Made by a program: the position numbers and the translations under genes
Assembly (NCBI GenBank): GCA_944391065.1
Contig: CALXSH010000001.1
Location: 27,725-91,724 of the forward strand
From: an uncultured Kiritimatiellota bacterium
Lineage (GTDB): Bacteria; Verrucomicrobiota; Kiritimatiellia; RFP12; DVOR01
Reading direction: 5' to 3'
Length of the DNA stretch: 64,000 nt
Notes under the pieces: generated by a model
Database searches by the model: none
The model's input: only the letters and a program-made list of their open reading frames with translations
What the model was told of the DNA's origin: nothing
Part shown: positions 8,879-18,397 of the stretch, piece by piece
How positions within the stretch are numbered: position 1 is the stretch's first letter
How the letters are laid out: every line of letters starts with the position of its first letter

Positions 8879-11512
8879 TCAGACGACCATGCGGATCTTG
8901 AACTTCCGGCCGAGGGCGTAGAAGACGGCGGCGACGGCGGCGAGAATGACGCAGGGGACGATGAGCCAGAGCGGCTGGTGGGCGGTGGTGATCTGGAAGT
9001 AGAGGGTGGCCACGCACCAGCCCAGGAGGGTGAGGTAAGAGAAGAGGACAGTGCTGTACTTCCAGCCGATTTCGCGGATGACGGTAGCCATGGCCGCCAG
9101 GCAGGGGACGTAGAGCAGGACGAAGAGGAGGTAGGCGAAGGCGCGGTTGCGGTCGTTGTCAAATTTGGTCCGAAGCGTCTTCATCAGCGTGGCGTCACCC
9201 TCGGCCGATGCGGCGAGTTCTTCGGCGTAGAGGGCTTCGGTGCGTTCGGCGAGCTCTGCGGCCCGTGCGGCGTAGGCCTCGGGGCCGAGGGGGCTTTCGG
9301 GGTCGGTGAGGGCAATGACCAGATGCTGCAGGGCGACGGCGTCGGCCAGAGCGGCTTTGGCGGCGCCGAGATCGGCCTCGGCGGCTTCGGCCTGCCCGGC
9401 GAGCTGCGGATTGGTCAGGGCCTCTTCGGCGATGACGCGCGCGGTGGCCTCGGCGTGGCCGACGGCGTCACGGAGGGCGTCCAGGCCGAGGGCTCCCTCG
9501 AATTCGGCACGGAGGACTGCGAGGCGTTCGGGGGGCTGGCCCGGTTCACGCAGATCTTCGGCGGCGGAGGCCAGGTGCTCCAGATCGCTCTTGAAGATGC
9601 TTACGCCCAGCGGATCGAAAAGCGTGTCAAGCAGTCCGGAGAAGGCCTCGGGGACGGAGGCGAAGGCCTCGCCGACGCCGGTGCGGAATTCGGCCGCGGC
9701 GCGGCGCCACGTCAGGGGGGCGCTCTCCTCCTCCGCTTCCCCGGCGGCGGGGACCATGGAGTCGTCGATGGCGTAGAGGGTGTTGAGGGCGGAGACGACC
9801 TGCTCTTTGGCGAAAAGGCCCACGATGAGCGATACGGAGCCCTGCCAGTTGTCGGATTCGACGCCCATGGGGGCGAAAATGGGGGCGATGGCGCGGCCGG
9901 CAAACTCAATGATGGGGACGTTGGGCCGGGTCTCGCGGTTGCCGTAGACGTTGGGCACGCGGACCTTGTCGCAGAGGCTCAGCAGGAGCACCATGACGGC
10001 CATGACTTTGCCGGCACGGAAGACAAAGTGCGAGAGACGCTTCCAGGCCTGCCCCAGGACCGTGTGAAAGCGCGGGACGTGGTAGAGGGGGAGCTCGAGG
10101 ACAAAGGGCGAGGGTTCGCCGACGAAGAGCGTGTGCTTGAGGAGAATGCCCGTCAGCACCGCAAGCACAATGCCGCTCATGTAGATGGCGAAGACCATCG
10201 TGCCCGAGGCAACGCCGAAAAAGGCCGCCCCGAAGAGCGCGTAGACCGGCAGACGGGCCCCGCAGCTCATGAAGGGGGCCATAAAAATGGTCAGCAGGCG
10301 GTCGCGGCGGTTGGAGAGCGTGCGCGTGGCCATGATGGCCGGCACCGTGCAGCCGAATCCGACCAGCATCGGCACGAAGGCGCTGCCCGGCAGCCCCAGC
10401 AGGCGCATGAAGCGGTCCATGACGTAGGCCGCACGGGCCATGTACCCGGAGTCCTCCAGGAAAGAGAGCCCCCAGAAGATGAAGAAGACCGGCGGGATGA
10501 AGGTCAGCACCGTCTGAATGCCGGTCCCGAGACCGTCCGCCAGAATGGTGATCAGCCACTGCGGGGCGCCGACGAGCGTCAGCACGTTGCCCAGCCCCGT
10601 TACAAAGAGGGCATCGCCGATGCCGTCGAAGAGGTCGATGAAGCAGCCTCCCACGACCTGGGTAAACCAGAAGAGGATGTACATGATGCCCAGGAAGATC
10701 GGGATGCCCAGCCAGCGGTTCAGCGCCAGACGGTCGAGCGTGCGTCCGAGCTCGGTCCGCGCATGGCCGCGGCGGGAGACCAACCCCTGGGTGATTTCGG
10801 CGATGCGGTCATACCGCGCGGCGGCCATGATGACGTCGGGCGTCGTGCCCAGCACACGCTCCATTTCGGCGATGATCTCCTCCCCGCCGGGGATGATGCC
10901 TTCCAGGCGGTGAATGGCGCGCACCTGCGGTTCGTTTTCGCGGTGGGCACGGAGCATGGCCTGATTGAGCGTATCGGGGTAGACGACGCAGGGCGGCTGC
11001 TGCTTTGTGGCCAGCGCCTCTAGGATGGCCTGCTCGAGCGCGGCCCTCTTGCCGCGGCGGTGAAGGTCTCCGGTGACGACCGGCAGGCCCAGACGCTCGG
11101 AGAGTTCGCCGATTTTGATGCCGAAGCCCTGGCGGGCAAAGATATCGGTCATCGTCAGCACCACGACCATGGGCTTGCCGAGCTCGGCCAAGGCCAGGGT
11201 CAGGTAAAGATTGCGCTCAAGATTGACCACGTCGACGACATTGACGATCAGGTCCGGTTCGCCGCTGCGGGCATATTCCGAGGCTACGGCCTCGTCCTGC
11301 GAAACGGCGTGGAGCGAATAGATGCCGGGCAGATCCACCACCGTCACCTCCTCGCCGCCGGGCAGGGTCACTTCGCCCATCAGCTTCTCGACCGTCACGC
11401 CGGGCCAGTTGCCCGTCACCTGATGAAGGCCCGTCCAGGCATTGAAAAAGGTCGATTTGCCCGTATTCGGGTTGCCGACCAGCGCCACCGTAATTTTACG
11501 CTTCGGAGCCAT
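8879..11512 (-). CDS. feoB: Ferrous iron transporter FeoB (long form with a coiled-coil insertion near the C-terminus)
   Basis: N-terminal G-domain VALVGNPNTGKSTFFN, DLPGIYSL; multi-TM gate domains; 877 aa; start overlaps the feoA stop. Confidence 0.9.
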   Translation of the reverse strand: MAPKRKITVALVGNPNTGKSTFFNAWTGLHQVTGNWPGVTVEKLMGEVTLPGGEEVTVVDLPGIYSLHAVSQDEAVASEYARSGEPDLIVNVVDVVNLERNLYLTLALAELGKPMVVVLTMTDIFARQGFGIKIGELSERLGLPVVTGDLHRRGKRAALEQAILEALATKQQPPCVVYPDTLNQAMLRAHRENEPQVRAIHRLEGIIPGGEEIIAEMERVLGTTPDVIMAAARYDRIAEITQGLVSRRGHARTELGRTLDRLALNRWLGIPIFLGIMYILFWFTQVVGGCFIDLFDGIGDALFVTGLGNVLTLVGAPQWLITILADGLGTGIQTVLTFIPPVFFIFWGLSFLEDSGYMARAAYVMDRFMRLLGLPGSAFVPMLVGFGCTVPAIMATRTLSNRRDRLLTIFMAPFMSCGARLPVYALFGAAFFGVASGTMVFAIYMSGIVLAVLTGILLKHTLFVGEPSPFVLELPLYHVPRFHTVLGQAWKRLSHFVFRAGKVMAVMVLLLSLCDKVRVPNVYGNRETRPNVPIIEFAGRAIAPIFAPMGVESDNWQGSVSLIVGLFAKEQVVSALNTLYAIDDSMVPAAGEAEEESAPLTWRRAAAEFRTGVGEAFASVPEAFSGLLDTLFDPLGVSIFKSDLEHLASAAEDLREPGQPPERLAVLRAEFEGALGLDALRDAVGHAEATARVIAEEALTNPQLAGQAEAAEADLGAAKAALADAVALQHLVIALTDPESPLGPEAYAARAAELAERTEALYAEELAASAEGDATLMKTLRTKFDNDRNRAFAYLLFVLLYVPCLAAMATVIREIGWKYSTVLFSYLTLLGWCVATLYFQITTAHQPLWLIVPCVILAAVAAVFYALGRKFKIRMVV

Positions 11513-11513
11513 T

Positions 11514-11750
11514 TCAGTTCACCGCCTTCAGCCGCAGAAACTTCGCCTCTTCACGGCGAAGGGAAAGCTCAAACCCTCGCACCTTCAGGCGCATCGGATC
11601 CCCCATCGGGGCCACGCCGATCAGCTGAATGGTCGCACCCTGCGTCAGACCCAGGGCCAGAAGTTTCGCACGGTAACCCGCCGACGTCACGCTGTATCCC
11701 GTGATCTCCGCGCGGTCGCCGATCTTCATTGCTGTGATATCCATGGCCAA
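11514..11750 (-). CDS. feoA: Ferrous iron transport protein FeoA
   Basis: 78-aa SH3-like FeoA (GDRAEITGY...LGLTQGATIQL...PMGDPMRLKVRGFELSLRR); directly upstream of feoB. Confidence 0.85.
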   Translation of the reverse strand: MAMDITAMKIGDRAEITGYSVTSAGYRAKLLALGLTQGATIQLIGVAPMGDPMRLKVRGFELSLRREEAKFLRLKAVN

Positions 11751-11802
11751 ATCCTCATCCGAAGGCTATCCGGCGAAGTGCCTTCCCTTCGGAACGGCCG
11801 TT

Positions 11803-11831
11803 AATGTAGCACAGGCTAATAGAAGGGTCAA
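11803..11831 (-). promoter_or_regulatory. Candidate sigma70-type promoter for feoAB (TTGACC-N17-TACATT on the minus strand)
   Basis: -35 TTGACC (11831..11826) and -10 TACATT (11808..11803) with a 17-nt spacer, about 50 nt upstream of the feoA ATG; no convincing AT-rich Fur box seen. Confidence 0.35.
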
Positions 11832-11891
11832 GAAGATTTTTAGACTGGGCTAATGCGCTCTGCCGGCGGATTCCGTTTCGCGCGGAGCGGC

Positions 11892-12800
11892 TCAGAGCGC
11901 GGCTTCGATGCCGTCGGCGACGGCCTCGGCCAGGCGCTTTTGGGTGGCGGGGTCGGTGAGGAGCGCGCGGTCGTCGGCGTTGGTGAGATAGCCGGTCTCG
12001 ATCAGGACGGCCGGGGCCGGCGTGTCGCGCAGGACCTTGAAATGGGCGTGGCGGACGCCGCGGTCGGCCGCGCGGGGTTCGGCGCGGAGCATGGCCTTCT
12101 GGATGGCCAGGGCGAAGCGCGTCGACCACGGCAGGTGGATATGGCCGGCGAGACCGGGGCGGGGCGGCGAATTGGCAGCCGTCCCGTCATGGCCGGGCGC
12201 GGGCAGGGTGTAGACTTCGATGCCGCGGGCGTCGGGGTTGGCGGCCGCGTTGGCATGGATCGAGACGAAGAGGTCTGTCGGGTGGGAGGCCGCGATGACG
12301 GCGCGTTCCTCGAGCGTCACCGCTGTCTCGTCCTTGGCGCGGGTCAGCACGACGGTATGGCCGCGGCCGCGCAGCGTGTCGGCCAGGGCGTTGGCGATGC
12401 AGAGGTTGATTGTCTTCTCCGACGTCCTGTCGACGCGGCAGCCCGAATCGCGTCCGCCGTGGCCCGCGTCAACGACGATGGTGAGGGGGCGGTCGATGCC
12501 GGGGGAGGGCTCCAGCGCGGCTTTGAGCAGCCGTGTGTCGGCTTCGCCGAGGCCCGTGGGCCCGGGCGCGCGGTGGAGGTAGTAGGTCACGCCGTCCACG
12601 GTCGCGGGGCGCTTGCCGGGCGTGAGGGTGACGGTATGGCCGTTGCCCGAGACCGTGACCGTGCCGTTCCCGGACTCGGTGACGGCGGGCGCGTCGCGGA
12701 AGCCCAGCCGCTCGGGCAGGCGGTCATAGGGGCCGGAGGAGCATCCGGCCAGAATCAGCGTGAGGGCGGCAAGGGGAAGGAGGGAGAGAGTCAGGTGCAT
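11892..12800 (-). CDS. amiC: N-acetylmuramoyl-L-alanine amidase (AmiA/AmiC family) lipoprotein
   Basis: Lipoprotein signal (LILAGCSS); Amidase_3 motifs IVVDAGHGGRDSG and SIHANA. Confidence 0.8.
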   Translation of the reverse strand: MHLTLSLLPLAALTLILAGCSSGPYDRLPERLGFRDAPAVTESGNGTVTVSGNGHTVTLTPGKRPATVDGVTYYLHRAPGPTGLGEADTRLLKAALEPSPGIDRPLTIVVDAGHGGRDSGCRVDRTSEKTINLCIANALADTLRGRGHTVVLTRAKDETAVTLEERAVIAASHPTDLFVSIHANAAANPDARGIEVYTLPAPGHDGTAANSPPRPGLAGHIHLPWSTRFALAIQKAMLRAEPRAADRGVRHAHFKVLRDTPAPAVLIETGYLTNADDRALLTDPATQKRLAEAVADGIEAAL

Positions 12801-12826
12801 GGCGGGCTCCGGGGGGAGGGTTGGGA

Positions 12827-13330
12827 TCAGACCGGTTCGGGCTGGAGCGCCAGCACGCCGGTCACGCGGTGCAGGTGGGTCAGGGCGATGGCGAGGGCGT
12901 CGGCGGCGTCGTTCTGAATCGGCGGGGGCAGGGTCAGCAGGCGCGCCACCATGGCCTGCACCTGCGCCTTCTCCGCCGATCCCGTCCCGGTCACGGCGCG
13001 CTTGATTTCGGCCGGCGAATACTCATAGGCCGGGACGCCGCGGCGCGCGCAGGCCGAGAGGACCACGCCGCGCGCGTGGCAGAGAATCATTGCCGTGCGG
13101 ACGTTCTTGGCGTAGAAGACGCCCTCCAGGGCGGCCTCGCTTGGTTGCCAGCGGTCCAGCAGGGCGTTGATCTCCGCGTCGAGTTTGGCCAGGGCCTCGG
13201 AGAGGCGCAGCCGTTGGGAGACGCGGATCGGCCCGTAATAGAGGGTGATCCGCCGCGAACCCTCCGCGCGCACGATACCGATGCCGGTCGAGCGCAGCGA
13301 GGTGTCAAATCCGATGACGACGCGGTCCAT
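12827..13330 (-). CDS. ruvC: Crossover junction endodeoxyribonuclease RuvC
   Basis: 167 aa; VIGFDTSLRSTGIGIV N-terminus and catalytic Asp/Glu positions of the RuvC resolvase. Confidence 0.9.
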   Translation of the reverse strand: MDRVVIGFDTSLRSTGIGIVRAEGSRRITLYYGPIRVSQRLRLSEALAKLDAEINALLDRWQPSEAALEGVFYAKNVRTAMILCHARGVVLSACARRGVPAYEYSPAEIKRAVTGTGSAEKAQVQAMVARLLTLPPPIQNDAADALAIALTHLHRVTGVLALQPEPV

Positions 13331-13331
13331 G

Positions 13332-14339
13332 TCAGAAGAGGTCCAATGCCGGCCAGTAACGCGTCGCCTCGACCGATTCGAGGGCGGCCTGGTCCTCGGC
13401 GGGGAGGTCCGGGAAGAAGTCGAGTCCGGAGAGACGTTCCAGCTCGTCCACCGAGCGGATGGTGAAGCGCGGGCGGGTCCTCTCGCCGGCCTCTTGGTCC
13501 ATGTAGAATCCCAGGACGCGGAGTTTGCCCTTCTTCAGGGAGGCCACGACTTTGTAGAAGCCGTCCGGGACGGCCACGCGGCGTTTGCCGATGGTGGGCC
13601 TGCGGGGATTCTGCACCGTGCCGGTGATGACCCACATGGCCTCGCTGCGGGCCGAGAGGGTGTCGGCCACGGTGTGCTCCAGCACGCGCCACGGTTCGCG
13701 GTTGAGGGTCGGCCGCTGCGGGACGATGTTGGTCATCAGGAAGGTCTCCTTCTGCGCGGCCTCGCCGTAACGCGTCGCGATCAGGTAGTTCGGCGCCATG
13801 TGGCCGCGGTCATAACCGCTGCGCGTGTAGTCGTCGGGCGCGGGCGAATCCTTCACGCTCCGGTCACGCGCGAAGGCGGGGCGTTCCGGCGCCTCCTCCA
13901 GGAGCTTCTCCTGCGGCACGTAGTAGGCTGCCCAGACGGCATGGCGCAGGGTGGGGGAGTAGCCCACCCAGTACCCCTGGCGCTTCAGCACCTGAATGTC
14001 GTCCGGCGTCTTCGACGGGTCGGCACGCTTCGGTTGGCCGAAGGGAAGCGGCAGGGTCGGCTTCACGTTTCTGGGCAGCGCGTAAGCGATCGCGGCATCC
14101 CGGCCCGTCAGGCCGAGATTGTCGGTGATGCCGACCGTCCAGGAGCCGATTTCCTCCAGCACCGGCCGGGCGCCGCCCCATTTGGCGCGCTCCGCCGAAG
14201 GCAGGTGGGCGAACCAGTTGCCGAAGCCCGCTACGAGGACCAACCCGATGATGACGAGCCAGCCCTGCACGCTGCGCAGGCAGCGTCGCAGCAGGGAGGG
14301 GGAGAGCATCGGCCTCCCGGACGACGTCTTACGCGCCAT
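13332..14339 (-). CDS. Membrane-anchored DNA/RNA non-specific endonuclease (NUC1/EndoG-like beta-beta-alpha-Me nuclease)
   Basis: DRGHMAPN active-site motif; single N-terminal TM helix (WLVIIGLVLVAGFGNWF); start set at the ATG at 14339 preceded by a GGAGG RBS (track ORF extends to 14411); 2-nt gap to ruvC. Confidence 0.75.
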   Translation of the reverse strand: MARKTSSGRPMLSPSLLRRCLRSVQGWLVIIGLVLVAGFGNWFAHLPSAERAKWGGARPVLEEIGSWTVGITDNLGLTGRDAAIAYALPRNVKPTLPLPFGQPKRADPSKTPDDIQVLKRQGYWVGYSPTLRHAVWAAYYVPQEKLLEEAPERPAFARDRSVKDSPAPDDYTRSGYDRGHMAPNYLIATRYGEAAQKETFLMTNIVPQRPTLNREPWRVLEHTVADTLSARSEAMWVITGTVQNPRRPTIGKRRVAVPDGFYKVVASLKKGKLRVLGFYMDQEAGERTRPRFTIRSVDELERLSGLDFFPDLPAEDQAALESVEATRYWPALDLF

Positions 14340-15150
14340 GACCGGCCTCCTTCGCGCGGGACCGTGCCAGATCGCAGCACCGCCGGATGATATCGGCGGA
14401 CTCGGGCACAAGCTTCAGCAGGAAACGCTCGCGCGTCCCGACCGTGCCGCGTTCCGCGGCCAGGCGGCGGCTCGTGGCGTAATGCAATCCGCCCACGCAC
14501 CAGCCGACCTGAATCAGCACGAAGTCCGCCACCGAGCGGATGTCGGCGTAGTCGACCTCGCGCCCCGCCAGAATTGCGCCCGTCACCGCTTCCGACGGCG
14601 GCGCGGCGAAGGCCAGGCCCCAGTAAATCTCCGGATGGCTCTCGAGGTAGCCCTCCCGTTTCAGATTGAGATCCAGCAGCGTGCAGATGTCGAGCTTGTC
14701 GGCGTCGCGCACCAGATGGACGGCGAGCTGCTCATCCTCCGGCAGCCCGGGCGGGATCTCCTTCATGTTGTGGCACTCGATGGCCCGCAGCACCAGATTG
14801 CGGTCGTCCGCCGGCAGCGCGTCGAGCCAGCCCAACCGCAGGACTTCCGCGCAGCTCATCAGGGCGTGATTCACGCTCACCCGGTCACTGAAGGTCGCGA
14901 AGCGCCGGAACTGCTCGAACCGCCCCGTGTCATGCAGCCATGCCGCCAGCAGGCCCAACCGCGCCAGGCGCTCCGTCAGGCCCTCGCCCTCGGCAATCCG
15001 TTTGGCGTCCGTCGCCACGCGCCGCGTGTGCGCCCACTTCAGATCGTTCATCTCCGCCCGGGGGTAGGAGAGATAGTAGGCCTTGAACACCGCCTCCGTA
15101 TCGGTCAGTATATCCATATCGCACCTCATTGGGTACGGAGTATACCACAT
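14329..15150 (-). CDS. HD-domain metal-dependent phosphohydrolase
   Basis: HD motif (H...WLHDTGR...D) spread over about 160 aa; alternative start at 15117 (MDILTD); ends 5 nt before the endonuclease gene. Confidence 0.65.
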   Translation of the reverse strand: MWYTPYPMRCDMDILTDTEAVFKAYYLSYPRAEMNDLKWAHTRRVATDAKRIAEGEGLTERLARLGLLAAWLHDTGRFEQFRRFATFSDRVSVNHALMSCAEVLRLGWLDALPADDRNLVLRAIECHNMKEIPPGLPEDEQLAVHLVRDADKLDICTLLDLNLKREGYLESHPEIYWGLAFAAPPSEAVTGAILAGREVDYADIRSVADFVLIQVGWCVGGLHYATSRRLAAERGTVGTRERFLLKLVPESADIIRRCCDLARSRAKEAGHGA

Positions 15151-15326
15151 GGTCCCGCCGCGGCGGTCGGCCTTCCTGACTCCGCCTCCGCCCCTGTCGA
15201 TAGCTGTCGCATGGGACGCCGGAAGAGCCGGGTGTCAGACACCCGCGCACCGGGGTTTGCTATAGTGGCCCCACGGACGGCTCCGCGGACACACCGCCCG
15301 TCCCCAATCGGAAGAAAGGACCCGAC

Positions 15327-17105
15327 ATGAAGACTTCCCTTGTGGCCGCCGCGGCCCTCCTGACCGTCTCCGTCGTCTCGGCCGACACTATGCTCGATGC
15401 CGCGGACTTCGGCATCGCCCCCGGCAAGGCCTTCACCGCTGCCGACGTCACCCGGCTGACCCAGGCCGCTGCCGCCGCCGAAAAGCCCGCCGTCATCCGC
15501 TTTGCCCCCGGCACCTACATCCTCGGTGCCGAACAGTGCCAGACGCGCGAGTGGTTCATCTCCAACCACGACCAGGCCAATCCCCGCACCGTCTTCCTTC
15601 CCCTCGAAGGCCTCCGCGACGTCACAGTCGACGGTTCCGGTGCCCGCTTCGAACTTAACGGCCGCTTCATGTTCGCCGGTATCTGGGACTGCACCAACGT
15701 CACCCTCCAGGGCTGCACCGTTGACGCCGTCACCCCCCAGCTCACCCAGCTCCGCTTCCTCGCCGTCGACCCGCAGGCCAAGACCGTCACCTTCCGTCCC
15801 GAAGGCTCCGCGGCCGTCACCCTCGAGGGGACCCGCCTCATCCTCTCCGGCCCCGGATTCCGCTATGCTCCCGGCGGCGGCATCCTCTTTGAGCCCGACG
15901 GTTCCATTGCCTACCGCTCGGGCGACTGCGGCATGAACCTCGGCAACGTCATCCTCCAGGAGGACGGCACTTACCTCGCCCGCGACTGCGCCAATGCCGC
16001 CTACAGACCCTTCCAGCGCATGGCCCTGCGCTGCTGGGAACGTCCCGCGCCCGGCATCGTCATCTCCGACTCCAAGGACACCGCCCTCCTCAACGTCACC
16101 ATCCACTACGCCGACGGCATGGGCGTCATCGCCCAGAGCTCCGAGACGATCACCCTCGACGGCCTGCGCGTCATCCCTGACCGCGCCAAGGGCCGCTTCT
16201 TCTCCACCCAGGCCGACGCCACCCATTTCTCCGGCTGCTGGGGCACCATCCGCTCCGTCAACGGCATCTACGAGGGCATGATGGACGACGCCATCAACGT
16301 CCACGGCACCTACCTCCAGGTCGAGAAGCGCATCGACGAGCGCACCGTCGAAGCCGCCTACATGCACGTTCAGGCCTACGGCATGACCTGGGGCGACCCC
16401 GGTGACGAAGTCGCCTTCGTCCGCGCCCTCACCCTCGACACCGAGCCCACCCTCGGCCGCATCGCCTCCATCGTCTCCCTCGACAAACCCGACGTCCGCC
16501 AAGGCGCCAAGCGCTTCCGCATCACCTTCGCCGACCCCCTCCCGCCCGACGTCAACCCCTCCAAAGACATCTTCGGCCTCGAAAACGTCAGGCGCACCCC
16601 CGAAGTCTACTTCGAAGGCAACCGCGTCGCCTTCAACCGCGCCCGCGGCGCCCTCTTCTCCTCCCCCCGCAAAACCGTCTGCCGCGGCAATGTCTTCGAC
16701 CGCGTCAGCGGCTGCGCCGTGCTCCTCTGCGGTGACTGCCGCGGCTGGTTCGAATCCGGCCCCTGCCGTGATGTTCTCATTGCGGATAATCAGTTCATCG
16801 ACGTCCTCACCAGCCCCTTCCAGTTCACCGAGGCCGTCATCAGCATCACGCCCGTCATCAGTCAGCCCGACCGCCAGAAGCAGGCCTTCCACTCCGGCAT
16901 CGTAATCGAAAACAACGACTTCGTCGCCTTCGACCGCCCCCTCATCTTCGCCGAAAGCGTCGACGGCCTCACGGTCCGCAACAACACCTACACCAAGTCC
17001 GACGCCTACGCGCCCTACCACTGGCAGACCCAGTGGCTTACCCTCAGGCGCTGCATCAACGTCAGGGCCGACCGCCCCGTCGGCCTGCCCGCCGACGTCA
17101 GGTAA
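15327..17105 (+). CDS. Secreted right-handed parallel beta-helix protein (pectate-lyase fold; putative glycoside hydrolase, possibly GH110-like)
   Basis: Signal peptide; N-terminal DAADFGIAPGK...AVIRFAPGTYIL pattern typical of pectate-lyase-superfamily proteins; repeated NxxI/V beta-helix rungs; 592 aa. Confidence 0.55.
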   Translation: MKTSLVAAAALLTVSVVSADTMLDAADFGIAPGKAFTAADVTRLTQAAAAAEKPAVIRFAPGTYILGAEQCQTREWFISNHDQANPRTVFLPLEGLRDVTVDGSGARFELNGRFMFAGIWDCTNVTLQGCTVDAVTPQLTQLRFLAVDPQAKTVTFRPEGSAAVTLEGTRLILSGPGFRYAPGGGILFEPDGSIAYRSGDCGMNLGNVILQEDGTYLARDCANAAYRPFQRMALRCWERPAPGIVISDSKDTALLNVTIHYADGMGVIAQSSETITLDGLRVIPDRAKGRFFSTQADATHFSGCWGTIRSVNGIYEGMMDDAINVHGTYLQVEKRIDERTVEAAYMHVQAYGMTWGDPGDEVAFVRALTLDTEPTLGRIASIVSLDKPDVRQGAKRFRITFADPLPPDVNPSKDIFGLENVRRTPEVYFEGNRVAFNRARGALFSSPRKTVCRGNVFDRVSGCAVLLCGDCRGWFESGPCRDVLIADNQFIDVLTSPFQFTEAVISITPVISQPDRQKQAFHSGIVIENNDFVAFDRPLIFAESVDGLTVRNNTYTKSDAYAPYHWQTQWLTLRRCINVRADRPVGLPADVR

Positions 17106-17124
17106 GCCCTCCGCGCCCCGCCAG

Positions 17125-17162
17125 GCGAAAGGCCACGGCAATCCGTGGCCTTTCGCTTTTTT
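17125..17162 (+). terminator. Rho-independent terminator after the beta-helix gene
   Basis: GCGAAAGGCCACGG-caat-CCGTGGCCTTTCGC followed by TTTTTT. Confidence 0.8.
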
Positions 17163-17271
17163 GTCACGGGCCGGCGGCGCGTTTGCTGCGCGGGGCTTTG
17201 CCCCGGGTTCGCTGTACGCTTCCTCATGTGCTATCCTATGGACAGTCAACTGCCCAGAGGAGTAGAAGCAC

Positions 17272-18324
17272 ATGAGAAAGCGCGTAATCGTCACCGGCGG
17301 TGCCGGATTCATCGGGTCGGCCGTCGTCCGTATGCTCGTCAGCGAGGGTGTCGAAGTCCTCAATGTCGACAAGCTCACCTACGCCGGCAACCTCTCCTCC
17401 GTCGCCTCCGTCGCCGACAAGCCCAACTACCGCTTCCTCAAGGCCGACATCTGCGACGCCGAGGCCATGGCCCGGGCCTTCGCCGACTTCCGTCCCGACG
17501 GCGTCATGCACCTCGCCGCCGAGAGCCACGTCGACCGCTCCATCGACGGCCCCGGCCTCTTCCTCCGGACCAACATCATCGGCACCTACACCCTCCTCGA
17601 GGCCGCCCGCGCCTACCGCGCCACCCTCGGGGGCCAGGCCCGCGACGACTTCCGCTTCCTTCTCATCTCCACCGACGAGGTTTACGGTTCCCTCGGTCCC
17701 GAAGGCTACTTCACCGAGACCACCAACTACGACCCCCGCTCCCCGTACTCCGCCTCCAAGGCATCGGCGGACCATCTTGCGGCCGCTTGGTACCACACCT
17801 ACGGCCTGCCGACCCTCAAGACCAACTGCTCCAATAACTACGGCCCCTACCACTTCCCCGAAAAACTCATCCCCCTCGTCACCCTCAACGCCCTTGCCGG
17901 CCGTCCCCTCCCCATCTACGGCAAAGGCGACAACATCCGCGACTGGCTCTTCGTCGAAGACCACGCCCGCGCCCTCTGGCTCGCCCTCAATGCCGGCCGC
18001 CCCGGCGAGACCTACAATGTCGGCGGCCACAACGAACGCACCAACCTCCAGGTCGTCCAATCCATCTGCGCCATCCTCGACGAACTCCGTCCGCGCCCTG
18101 ACGGCAAATCCTACGCCGGGCAGATCACCTTCGTCAGGGACCGCCCCGGCCACGACCGGCGTTACGCCATCGATCCGACGAAGATCATGACCGAGCTCGG
18201 CTGGAAACCTCAGGAGACCTTCGAGACCGGCCTCCGCCGCACCATCCGGTGGTATCTCGACAATGAATGGTGGTGGTCCCCGCTGCGTGCCGCCGCCGAG
18301 ACGCGCGTCGGCACGAAGGCCTGA
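17272..18324 (+). CDS. rfbB: dTDP-glucose 4,6-dehydratase
   Basis: [15 protein letters not shown] Rossmann N-terminus and the YSASKA catalytic motif; 350 aa. Confidence 0.9.
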   Translation: MRKRVIVTGGAGFIGSAVVRMLVSEGVEVLNVDKLTYAGNLSSVASVADKPNYRFLKADICDAEAMARAFADFRPDGVMHLAAESHVDRSIDGPGLFLRTNIIGTYTLLEAARAYRATLGGQARDDFRFLLISTDEVYGSLGPEGYFTETTNYDPRSPYSASKASADHLAAAWYHTYGLPTLKTNCSNNYGPYHFPEKLIPLVTLNALAGRPLPIYGKGDNIRDWLFVEDHARALWLALNAGRPGETYNVGGHNERTNLQVVQSICAILDELRPRPDGKSYAGQITFVRDRPGHDRRYAIDPTKIMTELGWKPQETFETGLRRTIRWYLDNEWWWSPLRAAAETRVGTKA

Positions 18325-18397
18325 TGACGCGCGCGGTGCGTCGGCGGTGACGCGCTGACGCCTGCTTAGTGGATGGCGCTTGTCTGAAAAGGAGCGC

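Noticed and set aside
8978-11023. 681-aa + strand ORF antisense to feoB; similar long antisense ORFs at 6785-8815, 5388-6710, 19500-21101, 27412-29141, 29197-31960, 33573-36199, 38685-40283, 43364-46540, 46224-47333, 47905-49461, 55033-56571, 57969-60248, 60516-62846
   Set aside because: All lie opposite strongly supported genes (FeoB, EF-G, r-proteins, SecY, RpoA, PyrC, kinase, GroEL, GH109-like, CorC, XseA); compositionally biased translations; classic high-GC shadow ORFs
15126-17378. 750-aa minus-strand ORF antisense to the beta-helix protein gene
   Set aside because: Antisense to a gene with signal peptide and a coherent beta-helix repeat pattern; Gly/Ala/Asp/Val-rich low-complexity product
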